NCBI GenBank assembly: GCA_951406725.2
Contig: OX597830.1
Location: 36,580,001 to 36,644,000 of the forward strand
Reading direction: 5' to 3'
Length of the DNA: 64,000 nt
Source: Octopus vulgaris
Lineage: Eukaryota
Shown: positions 24,505 to 37,867 of the stretch, piece by piece
How the letters are laid out: every line of letters begins with the position of its first letter
Position numbering within the stretch: the stretch's first letter is position 1
The notes under the pieces: generated by a model
Databases searched by the model: none
What the model was told of the DNA's origin: nothing
Seen by the model: the letters and a program-made list of their open reading frames with translations, nothing else
Position numbers and translations under genes: made by a program

Positions 24505-25028
24505 TCATCATTCAGACTCAAGACTTGGCCTAAATGCTTGCAAGTGTGGATATCTTAACGTTACGTTCTGAGTTCAAATTCCGCCGAGGTCGACTTTGCC
24601 TTTCATCCTTTTGGAGTCGATAAATTAAGTACCAGTTACGCACTGTAATCAACTTAATCCGTTTGTCTGTCCTTGTTTGTCCCTTGTGTTTAGCCCCTTG
24701 TGGGTAGTAAAGAAAATAGATTACTCAAAGTTATTTCCCTTAAGTATGAGTTACCTCCCCTGAAATTGAAAAATCTTCAAGTAATCTTTTCTTTTCAGGC
24801 CTACATCTGTAACAGCCTCGTATATCCCGTTTGGTGATTGTCACATCAAAAGTTTATTTATAACTACGAAACATAGACACAGGCGTATAGTAAGAAGTTT
24901 GCAAACCTCATGGTTCTGGGTTCAGTCCCACTGAGTGGCACCTTGGGTATTTGTTATCAACTATGGCTCTGGGCCGACCAAAACCTTATGTACGGATTAA
25001 GTAGACGGAAACTGAACAAAGCACGTCG

Positions 25029-25073
<45 letters not shown>

Positions 25074-25756
25074 CTCACCTGGGGCACATTTTTTTATAGG
25101 CACAGGAGTGACTATATGGTACATAGCTTGCTTACCAGCCACTGGTCCAGGGTTCAGTCCCACTGCATGACACCTTGGGCAAGTCTCTTCTACTATAGCC
25201 TTGTGCCGACCAAAGCCTTGTGAGTGGATTTGGTAGACGGAAACTGAAAGAACCCCATCGTTTATATGTATATATACATATATATGTGTGTGTGTATGTA
25301 TATGTTTGTGTGTCTTTGTTTGTCCCTCCACCATCGCTTAACAACTGATGTTGGTGTGTTTATGTCCCTATAACTTAGCGGTTTGGCAAAAGAGACTAAT
25401 ATAATAAGTACTAGGCTTACAAAGAATACGTCCTGGAGTCGATTTGTTTGACTAAAAGGCAGTGCTCCAGCATGGCTGCAGTCAAATGACTGAAACAAAT
25501 GAAAGAGCAAAAGAATATAAATGATAAATTTCCAAATTTTGGTTGGTAGGGATACAGAATCCAAATGGGTACCGTAGTCACATTTACCGGTTATTAATAC
25601 TGGCTAACTCAATGTGTGCATAAAAAACTCCAGTTACTTTGATTTACTAACCTCAGTCTGTCTTCACATTGGTAAATCCATGTCTCTATAGAGACAGCAT
25701 GTTTTTGGTAGAGAAAATAAGGAATTTATAATAAAAGAGAAAAGGGATTTATTCCC

Positions 25757-26427
25757 ATCCTGTGGTCTCCCACACTCTCTCTCTCCCTCTCCCTCCCTCT
25801 CCCTCTCTCTCCCTCTCTCTTCCCCCATCTTTCCTCCTCTCTCCCTCTCTCTTCTGCACTTCTCTCAGGTTGGGCAACTATATAATATATTTTCTTTGCA
25901 GTAGCACACCTGTTTCTGTCTTCATTCCTGGTCTTTCTCTCTCCGGCCAGGTAGTCTTGTACTTCCTCTTCAGCAAGACACCTATATCTGTCTCACTATA
26001 ACCTTTCATCATCTCCTCCCTCAACGCCTTCTTCCCTCCTAAAAGTTTTTGCATGTACTTGGTGATTCCAATGTTAGATTAAGTAGGGTGTCAGCCAAAC
26101 TGGTTGCATTCGTCCAGGGTGACCCTGTCAATACAGGTGCCACTTAAAAGCACCCAGTCCGCACTGTAAAGTGGTTGGTGTTCGGAAGAGCACCCAGTTG
26201 TAAAAACCTTGCCAAAACTGACTTCGCCTGTGCTTGTGCCACATAAAAAGCACTAAGTCTACTCTGCTGACTGGTTGTTGTCAGGAAGGGCATCCAGCTA
26301 TAAGAATCCTGCCATAACAATCACAGAAGTCTGGTGAAAGCTTTGGCCTGGCTTGCTCTTGTGGTACAGCCCCACTCATGCTAGCATGGAACATGGGTAT
26401 TAAATGATGATGATGATGATGATGATC
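25757..26427 (+). mobile_element. (GAT)n-tailed retroposon inserted into the left arm of a fold-back palindrome
   Basis: Ends GGAAGGGCATCCAGC...TAGCATGGAA...(GAT)n. The flanks 25720-25756 and 26428 onward join into the reverse complement of 26745-26800. Confidence 0.65.
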
Positions 26428-26764
26428 AAGTTTTATTCAGCAGTAAATTATTTCTTTGCATTTCTGCACCTACACTTGTTTCTGAAGCAACTGATGTATA
26501 CAGCAAAATGTGCATCTTTATGAGCATTTATTGTTAATTGCTGTGTTTTCAGGGTGGAGTCAACTGTACTGTTCCAATAGAATCTAAATTAAATTTTTTT
26601 AATTTAGATTCTATCTCAACAATGCAGTTGACTCTACCCTCTCTGAAGAAGAGGCAACTAACAATAAGTGCACATAAAGATGCAAATTTTGTTGTGTATA
26701 TCAGTTGCTGCAGAAACGTGTAGGTGCAGAAATGAAAAGAAGAAATTATCTACTGACTTAAACT
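26428..26764. repeat. ~335-bp imperfect palindrome made of two divergent hammerhead-like units
   Basis: The arms pair to a centre at ~26595 (ATAGAATCTAAATTA / TAATTTAGATTCTAT). Hammerhead-like motifs at 26467-26556(-) and 26636-26726(+). Confidence 0.8.
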
Positions 26765-26990
26765 GGATATAAATCTCTATTCTCCTTTATTATAAATTCA
26801 TCATATATATATAATTAAAGTTTAGATTTGAAATTCAAAATTTAGCATCCAAACTGTATTTTGGGTAAGTCCCTCATATCATTCCTCACACATTAGGGAG
26901 CAGTGCAGAATTATACTGAAATGATCGTTGTGATAAATAAAGTTTCCAGAATACTGTTTTCCATTTCAGTTATTTATTATATATAGGAGT

Positions 26991-27405
26991 GGCGTAGGAG
27001 TGGCTGTGTGGTAAATAGCTTGTTTACCAACCACATGGTTCCGGGTTCAGTCCCACTGCGTGGCACCTTGAGCAAGTGTCTTCTACTATAGCCTCGGGCC
27101 GACCAAAGCCTTGTGAGTGGATTTAGTAGACGGAAACTGAAAGAAGCCCGTCGTATATATGTATATATATATATATATATATGTGTGCGTATTTGTTTGT
27201 GGGTCTGTATTTGTCCCCCCTACATCACTTGACAACCGATGCTGGCGTGTTTACGTCACCGTAACTTAGCGGTTTGGCAAAAGAGACCGATAGATAAAGT
27301 ACTAGGCTTACAAAGAATAAGTCCTGGGGTCGATTTGCTCAACTAAAGGCAGTGCTCCAGCATGGCCACAGTCAAATGACTGAAACAAGTAAAAGAGTAA
27401 AAGAG
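26991..27405 (+). mobile_element. SINE family A, full length
   Basis: Same as the 4896 copy. Further copies at ~25105-25515, 27825-28143, 31270-31670 and 33997-34550. Confidence 0.85.
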
Positions 27406-27623
27406 TATATATATATATAATTCTAAATAGAGGTTAAAATAACCACCTTAAGGGATAGAAAACATCCAATGACTTACTGGTTTGTTACCTATTATTTTGT
27501 TGTGAATAGTAATATTCCTAAAATAATAAGTTTAAATATAAATCCTGGTTTATAAATATTCAAATTAAAATCCAGAAAATGGAGAAGTAGTGTTAATATG
27601 ATTTATCAACTGCAAAAATTCAG

Positions 27624-27717
27624 CATGTTTGCTTACAGCTGTTTCGATTTTGCCCCAAAGAATTGAATTCCAGTAATTAAAACAGTTTATTGGGCAAAAT
27701 CTCGTAAGAGGAGTATG
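27624..27717 (-). ncRNA. Degenerate type-I hammerhead ribozyme motif (Penelope-like)
   Basis: Minus strand: CTTACGA (one change from CTGACGA), perfect 10-bp stem II GATTTTGCCC/GGGCAAAATC, then GAA-ACAGCTGT-A (palindromic stem III). Confidence 0.55.
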
Positions 27718-28150
27718 AAAGACATATCGTTAGGTTATTAAAATTCTTTCAAAATATCTCAACAGACTGAATCGCATTTAATTACTAATATTGGTATAAA
27801 CCTTGGATTTTAATTTTCACTGTGTGACACCTTGGGCAAGTGTCTTCTACTATAGCCTCGGGCCGACCAAAGCTGAAAGAAGCCCGTCGTATATTTGTAT
27901 ATATATATATGTATGTGTGTGTGTTTGTGTGTCTGTGTTTGTCCCCGTAGCATTGCTTGACAACCAATGCTGGTGTGTTTATGTCCCCGTCACTTAGCGG
28001 TTCGGCAAATGAGACCGTTAGAATAAGTACTGGGCTTACAAAGAATAAGTCCCGGGATCGAGTTGCTTGATTAAAGGCGGTGCTCTAGCATGGCCGCAGT
28101 CAAATGACTGAAACGACTAAAAGAGTAAAAGAGTAAAAGAGTAATATAAC

Positions 28151-28454
28151 AATAAAATGTTTTGAATGGTACAACAATGAACTATAATACAAACAATGGG
28201 CTATACACCTGTTGAAATTTAGTCATCCATAGTGTGATATGATATTTCAGAATAAAATTCCTTCTTCAGATATTCTTAGATGAAGTTGCTGCTATAATCG
28301 GTTTTGTGATTATAACAGTAACTCCATCTAAGAATATCTGAAGAAGGAATTTTATACCAAAATATATCACACTATGGATGACTAAATTACAACAGTTATA
28401 ATAGTCCATTGTCTTTATTATAGTGCATTGTTGTACCATTCAAAACTTTTTATT
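28151..28454. repeat. ~300-bp imperfect palindrome with hammerhead-like motifs in both arms
   Basis: The arms pair around the loop at ~28299-28307. The minus arm 28237-28273 reads ATAT-CTGAAGA-AGGAATTTTATTCT-GAAATATC-ATAT; the plus arm has CTGAAGA at 28338 with GAAA decayed to AAAA. Confidence 0.8.
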
Positions 28455-29464
28455 CTTTACAAACAATACACAATGCTTCAAGCGAACTACAATACTCTCC
28501 TATATATCTATGTGTGTATAAACAAATTTCTAAATTGAATTTTTCCTTGTAAGTTTGGATTTTATTCCCTCAAATAATAATTATTATATGTATGTATATG
28601 TGTGTGTGTGTGTGTCTTTTCGTCTTGACATCATGTGATACTTGTAAAATGTCAATGTCAACCTAGTATTCTGTGAGGGAACATGTTTGGCCATGGGGAA
28701 ATATTGGCTCACTTGCAAACAAGTGAGGATTGGTGATAGGAAAGGTAATTTGGCTGATGAAAATCTGCCTCAAACTCTGTCTGACCCATTCAAAGCATGG
28801 GAAAGAGGATGTTAAAATGGTGGGCGTTTGTTGTTGTTGATGATAATACTGCTGCTGCTAATGGTGGTAGTGGTAGTGGTGGTGGCAGCGGCGATGGCAA
28901 TGGTGGTGTTGGTGTTGGTGGTGATGATGATGTTGATGGAGATATGTTTACCATGAGAAAAGCGAAAAATGAAAGAGGGAGACGAATGGAGAGATCTTTC
29001 CTGTTGCTGTCACAGATTTTGAAGTTTTAGAATCAAGTGCAAATTTTCATATTTGGTATATTGATGCGGTTATTTGCTCTGAATCTGAAAATTGTGATTC
29101 ATTTCAGGAAAATTTTAGAGAAATGTTACAAAGGTTGAAAGTGTGACCATTTTTACTCAATCAGAAAATAGGATTTGTACATGACAGCTGTGATAAATGT
29201 TAGAAGACAAAAGTTTTAAACAAAATGAAAGCTACGTGTGAGAGATAATACATTCACAGAGAGAGAGAGAGAGAGAGGTAAATAATAGAGGGAGATAGAT
29301 AGATGGCGACAGAGATTAAGAGATTTGTAGATCTGAATGTTGAGTTATTTCTCATCGCAAATTAATATTTTTCTTTTATTATTTATGGACAACATTCTCT
29401 TTGGGATGCAGATTTCGAAAATGAAATTTATTTTCCTTGAGGATGCACCGTTTCAGAGCCTTTC

Positions 29465-30510
29465 AGGCCAGAAATTTGGGGGTGGAGTTAGTTGATTGTA
29501 TTGTTTCCAGTTCTTGATTGCTACTTTATTTTTATCAGGCCCAGGAAAATAAAAAAGTTGACTCGATCTCAGTGGTGCTTGAACTCAGAACATGAAGAAC
29601 TGAAACAAATGCTGCAAGGCATTTTATCTGGTGCTCAAACAATTCTACCAACCCACCAGCATTAAATATTAAATACATGTGAAACTAATTAGTAAACAGC
29701 AATTATGGTGAGATGCAAATATAAGAATGGTTAATTATTGACTTTGAATTTTTAGCACAAAGGCTGAAATCACAGGGAAGCAGGACAGCTGATTACATTG
29801 AGCCCAGCATGTCACTGGTACTTAATCTATTGACCCTGAAAAGACAAAAGGCAAAATTGAATATATGTTATGCTAATGATTCTGGCAGCTCAGTGCATTA
29901 ATAATAATAATGAAAGTATTAATATTGATTTCAGATTTTGACACAAAGCCAGCAATTTCAGAGGAGAGAATATAAGTCGATTGCATCAACCCCAGTAGTC
30001 AACTGGTACTTATTTTATTGACTCCCAAAAGGATGAAAAGTAAAGTTGACATTGGTGGAATTTGGTGCCTCAAGAATAATTAAAATAGTATTAATATGTG
30101 GGTAGGCTGATTGATCCCATTGCTTAACTGGTACTTAGTCTATTGACCCCAAAAGGGTGAAAGGCAAAGTTGACCTTGGCAGAATTTGAACTCAGATCAT
30201 GTAAACACGGATGAAATATTGCTAAGCATTTTGCCCATATTGCAAATAATTCTGCCAGCTTGGCGCCTTAATAATGGTAATGATGGTATTAATATTCCTT
30301 TCCACTGTAGGCACAATGCCTGAAATTTTTGGGGAAGAGGTAGGTCGATTACATTGACCCCAGTACTCAACTGGTACTTATACTATCGACCCTGAAAGGA
30401 TGAAAGTTTAAGCGAACCTTGGTGGAATTTGAACTCAGAATATAAAGACAGATGAAATGCTGCTAAGCATTTTGCCTGGCATGCTAACGATTCTGCCAGC
30501 TTCCTGCCTT
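29465..30510 (-). mobile_element. Cluster of about five diverged SINE family B copies
   Basis: Repeated CTGGTACTT..TATTGACCCC..AAAGGATGAAAGGCAAAGTTGACC blocks. Confidence 0.7.
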
Positions 30511-31963
30511 AGAGTGATTAATTATTGATAATTAAACTATTTAATGTTAAATAGTTAAAGTGTATTAATTTGTAAAATATTTATAGATGTCGTATAGATA
30601 CTGTAGAAATTCTATCATCATTGCCATTGTTTTAACATCTGCTTTTCCATACTTGAATGAGTTGGGTGAAATTTATTGAGACATATTTCCAGTGGCCAGA
30701 TGCCCTTCCTGTCACCAACCCTTGAATGTTTTGGCAGAACATTGGAAATGAAGGATACTGCTTGTATGATAACGACAATCATTTACAACTGTCACATGAT
30801 GTCAAGCCAAGGGGACATAATCATACACACGCACACACACATGCAGATGGAAGCTGAAAGAATCCCATGTTTGTGTGTGTGTGTGTGTGTGTGTGATTGT
30901 GTCCCCTTGGATTGATATCATGTGACAGTTGTAAATGACTATCATTATCATATAAGCAATGTCATTCATTTCCAGTATGTACACACACTCTCACACATAG
31001 GGCTTCTTTCAGTTTCCATCTACCAAATCCACTCGTAAGGTGTTGGTCAGCCCAAGACTCTTGTAGAAGATACTTGCTCAAAGTGCCACACAGTGAGACT
31101 GAACCTGAAACCATGTGATTGGAAAGCAACTTTCTTAACCACACAATCACACCAGCACTTATAAATATTGAATATTTGTTTATTGATCAGAAGCATTCTA
31201 GATGTGACTCTCCTGCCATTTTATACATCAGAAACTACTTTGTGGAATATATCCTTAACCTAAAATGCCACTGCGTGACACCTTGGGCAAGTGTCTTCTA
31301 CTATAGCCTTGGGCCAACCAAAGCCTTGTGAGTGGATTTGGTAGACGGAAACTGAAAGAAGCCCGTCGTGTATGTATATATATATATATATATATGTATG
31401 TATATGTTTGTGTATCTGTGTTTGTCCCCCCCAACATCGCTTGACAACCGATGCTGGTGTGTTTAAGTCTCTGTAACTTAGCGGTTCGGCAAAAGAGACT
31501 GATAGAATATGTACTAGACTTACAAAGAATAAGTCCTGGGGTCGATTTGGTCGACTAAAGGTGGTGCTCCAGCATGTTCACAGTTAAAGTCCTGGGGTCG
31601 ATTTGGTCGACTAAAGGTGGTGCTCCAGCATGTTCACAGTTAAATGACAAACAGATAAAAGAATAAAAAGGATAGATGTGTGCTTTGAGGGAGATTTGGT
31701 TGCTATATTCAGCAGTCGATTGACCACGTATAAGTTCTTTTGTTAGTTTGGCTTGCTGTGTGGAGTTACGTGCACATAGTAAGGCTTTTATATTTTTGGT
31801 GTTATATAGTGCAGTCATAGCTGTGTGGTAAGAAGCTTGCTTCTCAATCACATGGTTCTGGGTTCAATCCAACTGTGTGGCACCTTGGGCAAATGTCTTC
31901 TACTATAGCCTCAGGTCAACAAAGCCTTATGATTGGATTTGGTAGATGGAAACTGAAAGAAGC

Positions 31964-32012
<49 letters not shown>

Positions 32013-32016
<4 letters not shown>

Positions 32017-32404
32017 CCGCCTCGACTGGCTTCTGTGCTGGTGGCACATAAAAAGCACCATCCGAACGTGGCCGATGCCAGCGCCGCCTCGATTGGCTTC
32101 TGTGCCGGTGGCACATAAAAAGCACCATCCGAACGTGGCCGATGCCAGTGCCGCCTTAGCTGGCTTCCGTGCCGGTGGCACGTTAAAAGCACCAACCAAT
32201 CATGGCTGATGCCGGACTCCCCTGGCACCTGTGCAGGTGGCATGTAAAAAGCACCCACTACACTCGCGGAGTGGTTGGCGTTAGGAAGGGCATCCAGCTG
32301 TAGAAACTCTGCCAGATCAGACTGGAGCCTGGTGCAGTCTCCTGGCTTCCCAGACCCCGGTCGAACCGTCCAACCCGTGCTAGCGCAGAAAATGGACGTT
32401 AAAC

Positions 32405-32436
<32 letters not shown>
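32013..32436 (+). mobile_element. (GAT)n-tailed non-autonomous retroposon family C with internal ~57-bp tandem repeats
   Basis: Repeated GGTGGCACATAAAAAGCACCATCCGAACGTGGCC units, then GGAGTGGTTGGCGTTAGGAAGGGCATCCAGC and a (GAT)n tail. Copies at 55146-55692(+), 49929-50462(-), 45603-45900(-) and 23283-23482. Confidence 0.75.
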
Positions 32437-32437
<1 letters not shown>

Positions 32438-33244
32438 ATATATATATATATCTGTATATATGAATATACATATCTGTGGGGCAGCTGATGATGGAGGTAT
32501 GTTGGATTGTTGGTATGGCTGTTATTGTATGTGCGGAATAGTATTACAACACTCACTTCATCGGTTTTGATGAGGAGGGTCCCAGCTGATACGAGCAATG
32601 GAACAGCTTGCTCATGAAATTAACATGCAAGTGTGACAAAGCTGGCCCTTCGAAATACAAGGGCTACTCATTTTTGCCAGCTGAGTGGACTGGAGCAACG
32701 TGAAAGAAAGTGTCTTGCTGAAGGGCACAATGCATCACCAGGAATTGAACTCACGACCTTACGATCATTAGCCTAATGCCTGAACCACTAAGTCACGCGC
32801 CTTCACAAAATGATGTGGCATTTCACGTCAGTTACGGCGATGAGGGTTCCAGTTGATCCGATCAACAGAACAGCCTGCTTGTGAAATTAATGTGCAAGTG
32901 GCTGAGCAGCACTCCACAGACATGTGTACCCTTAACGTAGTTCTCGGAGAGATTCAGCATAACACAGAGTGTGACAAGGCTGGCCCTTTGAAATACAGGT
33001 ACAACAGAAACAGTTGTGGTGAAAGAATACAGTTTCAAAGCGATGAAAATATTTTGACACAAATTAAAATTAAATGTTCAAGTGAAACTAACGGTTTTTT
33101 GTGTGTTCTTAAATGGCTTACAAATATCTCCCACACTGCAATTGTTTTTGTTCCAGCACACCACCTCAGATCAAGTCACTTGCTATGCAAGTACATCTCT
33201 GTATATCAACAGTACCTCACCATTAATAATTAAAAACTATTTTA

Positions 33245-33658
33245 GGATCTTTTCGGTTTGAACGGCAGTTTTTTCTAGCGGTGTCATATGAAATTGTCAC
33301 CCATAATTATGACCCTAGTATCGATCTATTGCATTTCAATCTGTTTTAGGGTTAGGGGTGGGGGTGGGAGGGTATCTTTTTTCCTTCAGAAATGTAAATA
33401 AACCCAATCTGTTTCTTAAACGAGGGACATATTCATACGGCACAGAATGTTTTTTACCTCAATGGACGTGATTGATTGGTTGAAATTGCAGAAATTGAAG
33501 AAAAAAAAGCAACAAATATCTTACAAACCATAGAATTTTCTCAATAAAGCCAAGAGAAAAAGATGTTTTATAAACACATTCTACCAGTATACAAAGTTTA
33601 AAATTTTTTAGTTACCTAGAAATTATGTTAAAAACTTCCATTCAGACCAAAAAGATCC
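33245..33658. mobile_element. Merlin-type MITE, copy 1
   Basis: TIR GGATCTTTTCGGTTTGAACGGCAGTTTT; perfect 8-bp TSD CTATTTTA. GG termini with an 8-bp TSD are typical of Merlin. Confidence 0.75.
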
Positions 33659-34152
33659 CTATTTTATTGGAAAAAACCCCAGATGAATTGATGACAGTGA
33701 ACTCGCCCTGCAATGAATTAATGATGATGAACTTTCCCTGTGGTGAACTTCTCAGACATACTCAGAATTACCCAAAGTGTCTATTTCCTTCAAGAAATAG
33801 TAGAGGGTTGTAAGCTTCTTACAACACAGTTACACCTGCGCCTATAATAACATTTTCCAAATATTTGCAGCTCTTCCTTGAAGAAGTTAATTTCCGTTAT
33901 CCAGGTGATGAAATTAACAATGGCAGTGAGTGTTCTGAAAGGTTTGTTACCTGAGTAACAACAGAGTGGAAAACATCCAGAGAGTTACTGCTTAAGTGCA
34001 GGCGTGGCTCTGTGGTAAGAAGCTTGCTTCTCAACCACATGGTTCTGGGTTCAGTCCCACTGTGTGGCACTTTGGTCGAGTGTCTTTTACTTTAGCCTCA
34101 GGCTGGCCAAAGCCTTGTGATTGGATTTAGTAGACAGAAACTGAAAGAAGCC

Positions 34153-34197
<45 letters not shown>

Positions 34198-35322
34198 AGC
34201 ACATATACACACACACAAGCACATATATACATATACATATATATATCATCATCATCATCATCATCGTTTAACGTCCATTTTCCATGCTAGCAAATATATA
34301 TGCATATTTATGTGTGTGTATCTTTGTCTCTGTGTTTGTCCCCCCACACTCCACTGCTTGGCAACCGGTGTTGGCGTACTTACGTCCCCGTAACTTAGTG
34401 GTTCAACAAAAGAGAACGATAAAATAAGTATCAAGCTTAAAAAGAATAAGTCCTGGGGGCAATTTCTTTTACTAAAATCGTTAAGGCAGTGCCCCAGGAT
34501 GGCCACAGTCAAATGACTGAAAGAAGTTAAAGAATAAAAGAATAAAAGAATTTGCTTGCTAGCAGCAAAAAAATTTCCTCTCTGAGTGAAGGGTAGATTG
34601 TTCGATGCTTGTGTATGAAGTGTAGTGCTGCATGGCAGCAAAGCATTAGAATTAAAAGCTGAAGATGTTTGAAGGTTGGAAAGAAATGAGATAAGTATAG
34701 TTTATTATATGTGTAGAAATGTTAGCTTGCGTAAATAACTGCAGAAATGAGCTGAGAGAAAGATTGAGCATAAGAAAAATCTGATATAGTGTGCGCAAGT
34801 TGATATGGATACATATGTGTACATATGAATATGGATACACATGTGTATACAGAGGGTGACGGATATGTTTAGAAGTGCCAAGTAATTGAAGTGGAAGAGG
34901 AAGATCCAGGAAAACATTGGAAAGAAGTTCTGATGGCTGATCTTGGAAGACTGAATGTTCACAGAGGAGATAACTAAGGAATGTAACAAGTGGTTAGATT
35001 CAATTTGGAAGAAGACATTTACAATTCATATACATATGAATGGAAAAAAAAAAAAATTGAAGGAAAAAAAAAAGGATCTTGCTGGTGGTGATGATGATGA
35101 TGATTATGATGATGAGAAGACAGTAGAGATTCAAAACAAGTGCCATTTCATCAATCTTATATGTTAAAATGAAATGTACTGCAAAACACTACAAAATTAA
35201 TCACCATCTTAAGTGAGAAATGGAAAACCATAGGAAGGAAAGATGAGTGTATGTAATATGATCTCTTTTAGATAAGGCAGTTTTGTAGAAGAAGGTGGCA
35301 GACATACATATAGAGAGACTGC

Positions 35323-35324
<2 letters not shown>

Positions 35325-35366
<42 letters not shown>

Positions 35367-35600
35367 TATGTATATATTGACACTGAAAGCATATATATAT
35401 ATATTATATATGTATGTATGTATGTATGTATTTAAATATATGTATTTATATATGTATATGTATAAATATATGTATATATATGTATATATATGTATATATA
35501 TATGTATATATATATGTATATATATTTTTATGTATATATACATGTGTATATATATATATATGTATATGTATATATGTATGTATATATGTATATATATGTA

Positions 35601-35650
<50 letters not shown>

Positions 35651-35710
35651 GATACGTGTATATATATACACACATATATATGCATATATACATGCATATA
35701 CATACACACA
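35325..35710 (+). repeat. (CA)n/(TA)n/(TATG)n compound microsatellite
   Basis: Seen directly. Confidence 0.95.
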
Positions 35711-35915
35711 CTGTCTCTTTCTCTCATTCACTATCCCATTTTACTCTCTCTCTCTTCGACATTCACCTATGCATACTAGTCCTACTCTTTTACTCATTGT
35801 AGGGCAGATGTAAAAAAAAAACAAAAAAACAAAAAACAAACAAACAAACAGTCAAGCAAAAATAAGTCCTGTAAATATTGAGATGGTAAATTGGTAGAGA
35901 ATTTGTTCCAGCGCC

Positions 35916-35946
<31 letters not shown>

Positions 35947-37867
35947 ACACATACTTTGCTTTAAGTTCAAACCCTGACCAAGACAACCCTATCTTTCATT
36001 TTTTTCCAGGGTTGATAAGTAAAATAGCAGTCAAATACCAAGGAAAATTCTTCTCTCACTTTTTCTCTTGTCCTCCCCTCCTTCCTTTCTTAGTCCTCTC
36101 TCCATCCTCCTCCTTCCGTCTCTCTCTCTCTCTCCCCGTCTCTTCTGAAATAGATTATGTTGTGCTGTATGCAAAAATTGTGTTGGGGGTCCCTTACAAC
36201 AGTGAATCTCAACTGGAGTTCTTATGACCCTTGGGAGTCCATATGATCCTTATGGGTCCATGTGCCCTTTTTGTGTGTTACCAGCATTGCCTTACTGGCA
36301 CGTGAAAAAACATTCGAGCGAGGTTGTTGCCAGTGCCACTGAACAGGCTCCTGTGCAGGTGGTACATAAAAAAAAAACACAACAAACTGATTTGCCACAG
36401 GACCCATCAAAAGTCATTGGAAAGACAGAAGAGAGTGTGTAGTCCAGTCATGGACAAATTGTAGCCAGTGAGTCTTTCTGAATGGCATACTAACAAAAAT
36501 TACCTTGAATTGCATTTCAGTGGTGTAGCCCACCTGATGATAAGCCATTTCTCATGTAGCTTGCTTCTTAAGAAAAAGTTTTCTCACATCTGTTCAAATG
36601 TTTTGCCATTCCAGTGAATTTTCTAACAAGAAAATATGATTAATTTTCATATCTATATTATGTTGAGCTCCCAATCATGAGGTAGTGAGTTCTATTCCTG
36701 GATAGGGCTGTGTGTTGTGTTCTTGAGCGAGACACTTTATTTCACGTTGCTCCAGTTCACTCATCTGCAGACATGAGTTGTAACATCACTGGTGCCCCAA
36801 ACTGGTTTGGCCTTTGCCTTTCTCTTGGATAACATTGGTGGCATGGAGAGGGGAGCTGGCATGCATGGGCATTTGCTGATCTTCCATAGACAACCTTGCA
36901 TGGACTTGTGCCTTAGAAAGTAAACTTTCTAGGTGCAATCCCATTGTCATTCATGACCGAAGGGGGTCTAATTATTTATTATTTATCGGTATTTAGAGTT
37001 TTTTGCAATTGGTTTTGTCAGGAGCAAGATGGGGATGTCCCCATGACCTTTGCAGATCTTTGAAAACCAGTGAGAATGATGTGGTTAATGCTTTTAATAA
37101 TAACCTGTCTGAGATTACTCTTCATTCTATAATATAAATTTCCTGTTTTTTTTTTCTTTTTAAGTGATCAAAATTAAAATCTTTCCTCAAAATTCCATGT
37201 TACATTTCAAACACTAGCTTAATGATAATAAAATTATTTAAAAAAATATAATTATTTTTGCAAATTAATTGAAACAAAAGAATTGTGTATTTCAACAGAA
37301 ATTTGATAACAAAAGAATTAATTCTTTTCTGTGTTTACTGATTTGGTTTTGTCAAGAGCTTTGAGTCTTCTCTATTGTGTTTGTCACTCTGCTTTGCTTT
37401 TATTATAAAAAAAAAAAAATTCCTAGAAGAGTGTATGAAATAATTCTATATTAAGAATACTGTATTGTATAGCTTTGTTATAAAACCATTGCCAAATGTA
37501 CACCAATGGATAATTCAATCTTGATTGCTATAGATATAAGCTTGGCTGTCACCTGCAAGTGAGCATGATTTGGTAGGTTGTACCATGTTTTTACTAAGTA
37601 TTTTAGGTTCTTGTGTAGCTATGTACTAACACAGACATCCTTACAGTCCTTACTTCCCCAGCTTTTGACTCAGTTGAAAAATGATGTGAAAGCTGGAGGT
37701 TGGGTGGTCTGCATCAACAGTTGGCACTCATTTACGGCTGTGTAGACTGGAGCAGTGTGAAATGATCTTCCTTGCTCACTACTGGATCCAGAAACTGAAC
37801 TCATAACCTTATGATCACGAGCCCAAAACACCTGACCACTATGGCACGTGTCTTCACCCCTGATGTA

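Noticed and set aside
26991-27065. tRNA-like heads of SINE families A and B as tRNA genes
   Set aside because: No complete cloverleaf, and always followed by SINE body and tail.
28797-29030. Gly/Asp-rich ORF
   Set aside because: (GGT/GAT)n tail of a retroposon copy.
35268-35802. YI/CV/HT-rich ORFs here and at 3844-4263, 44829-45495, 48099-48710, 49288-49956 and 60699-61151
   Set aside because: Stop-free microsatellite translations.
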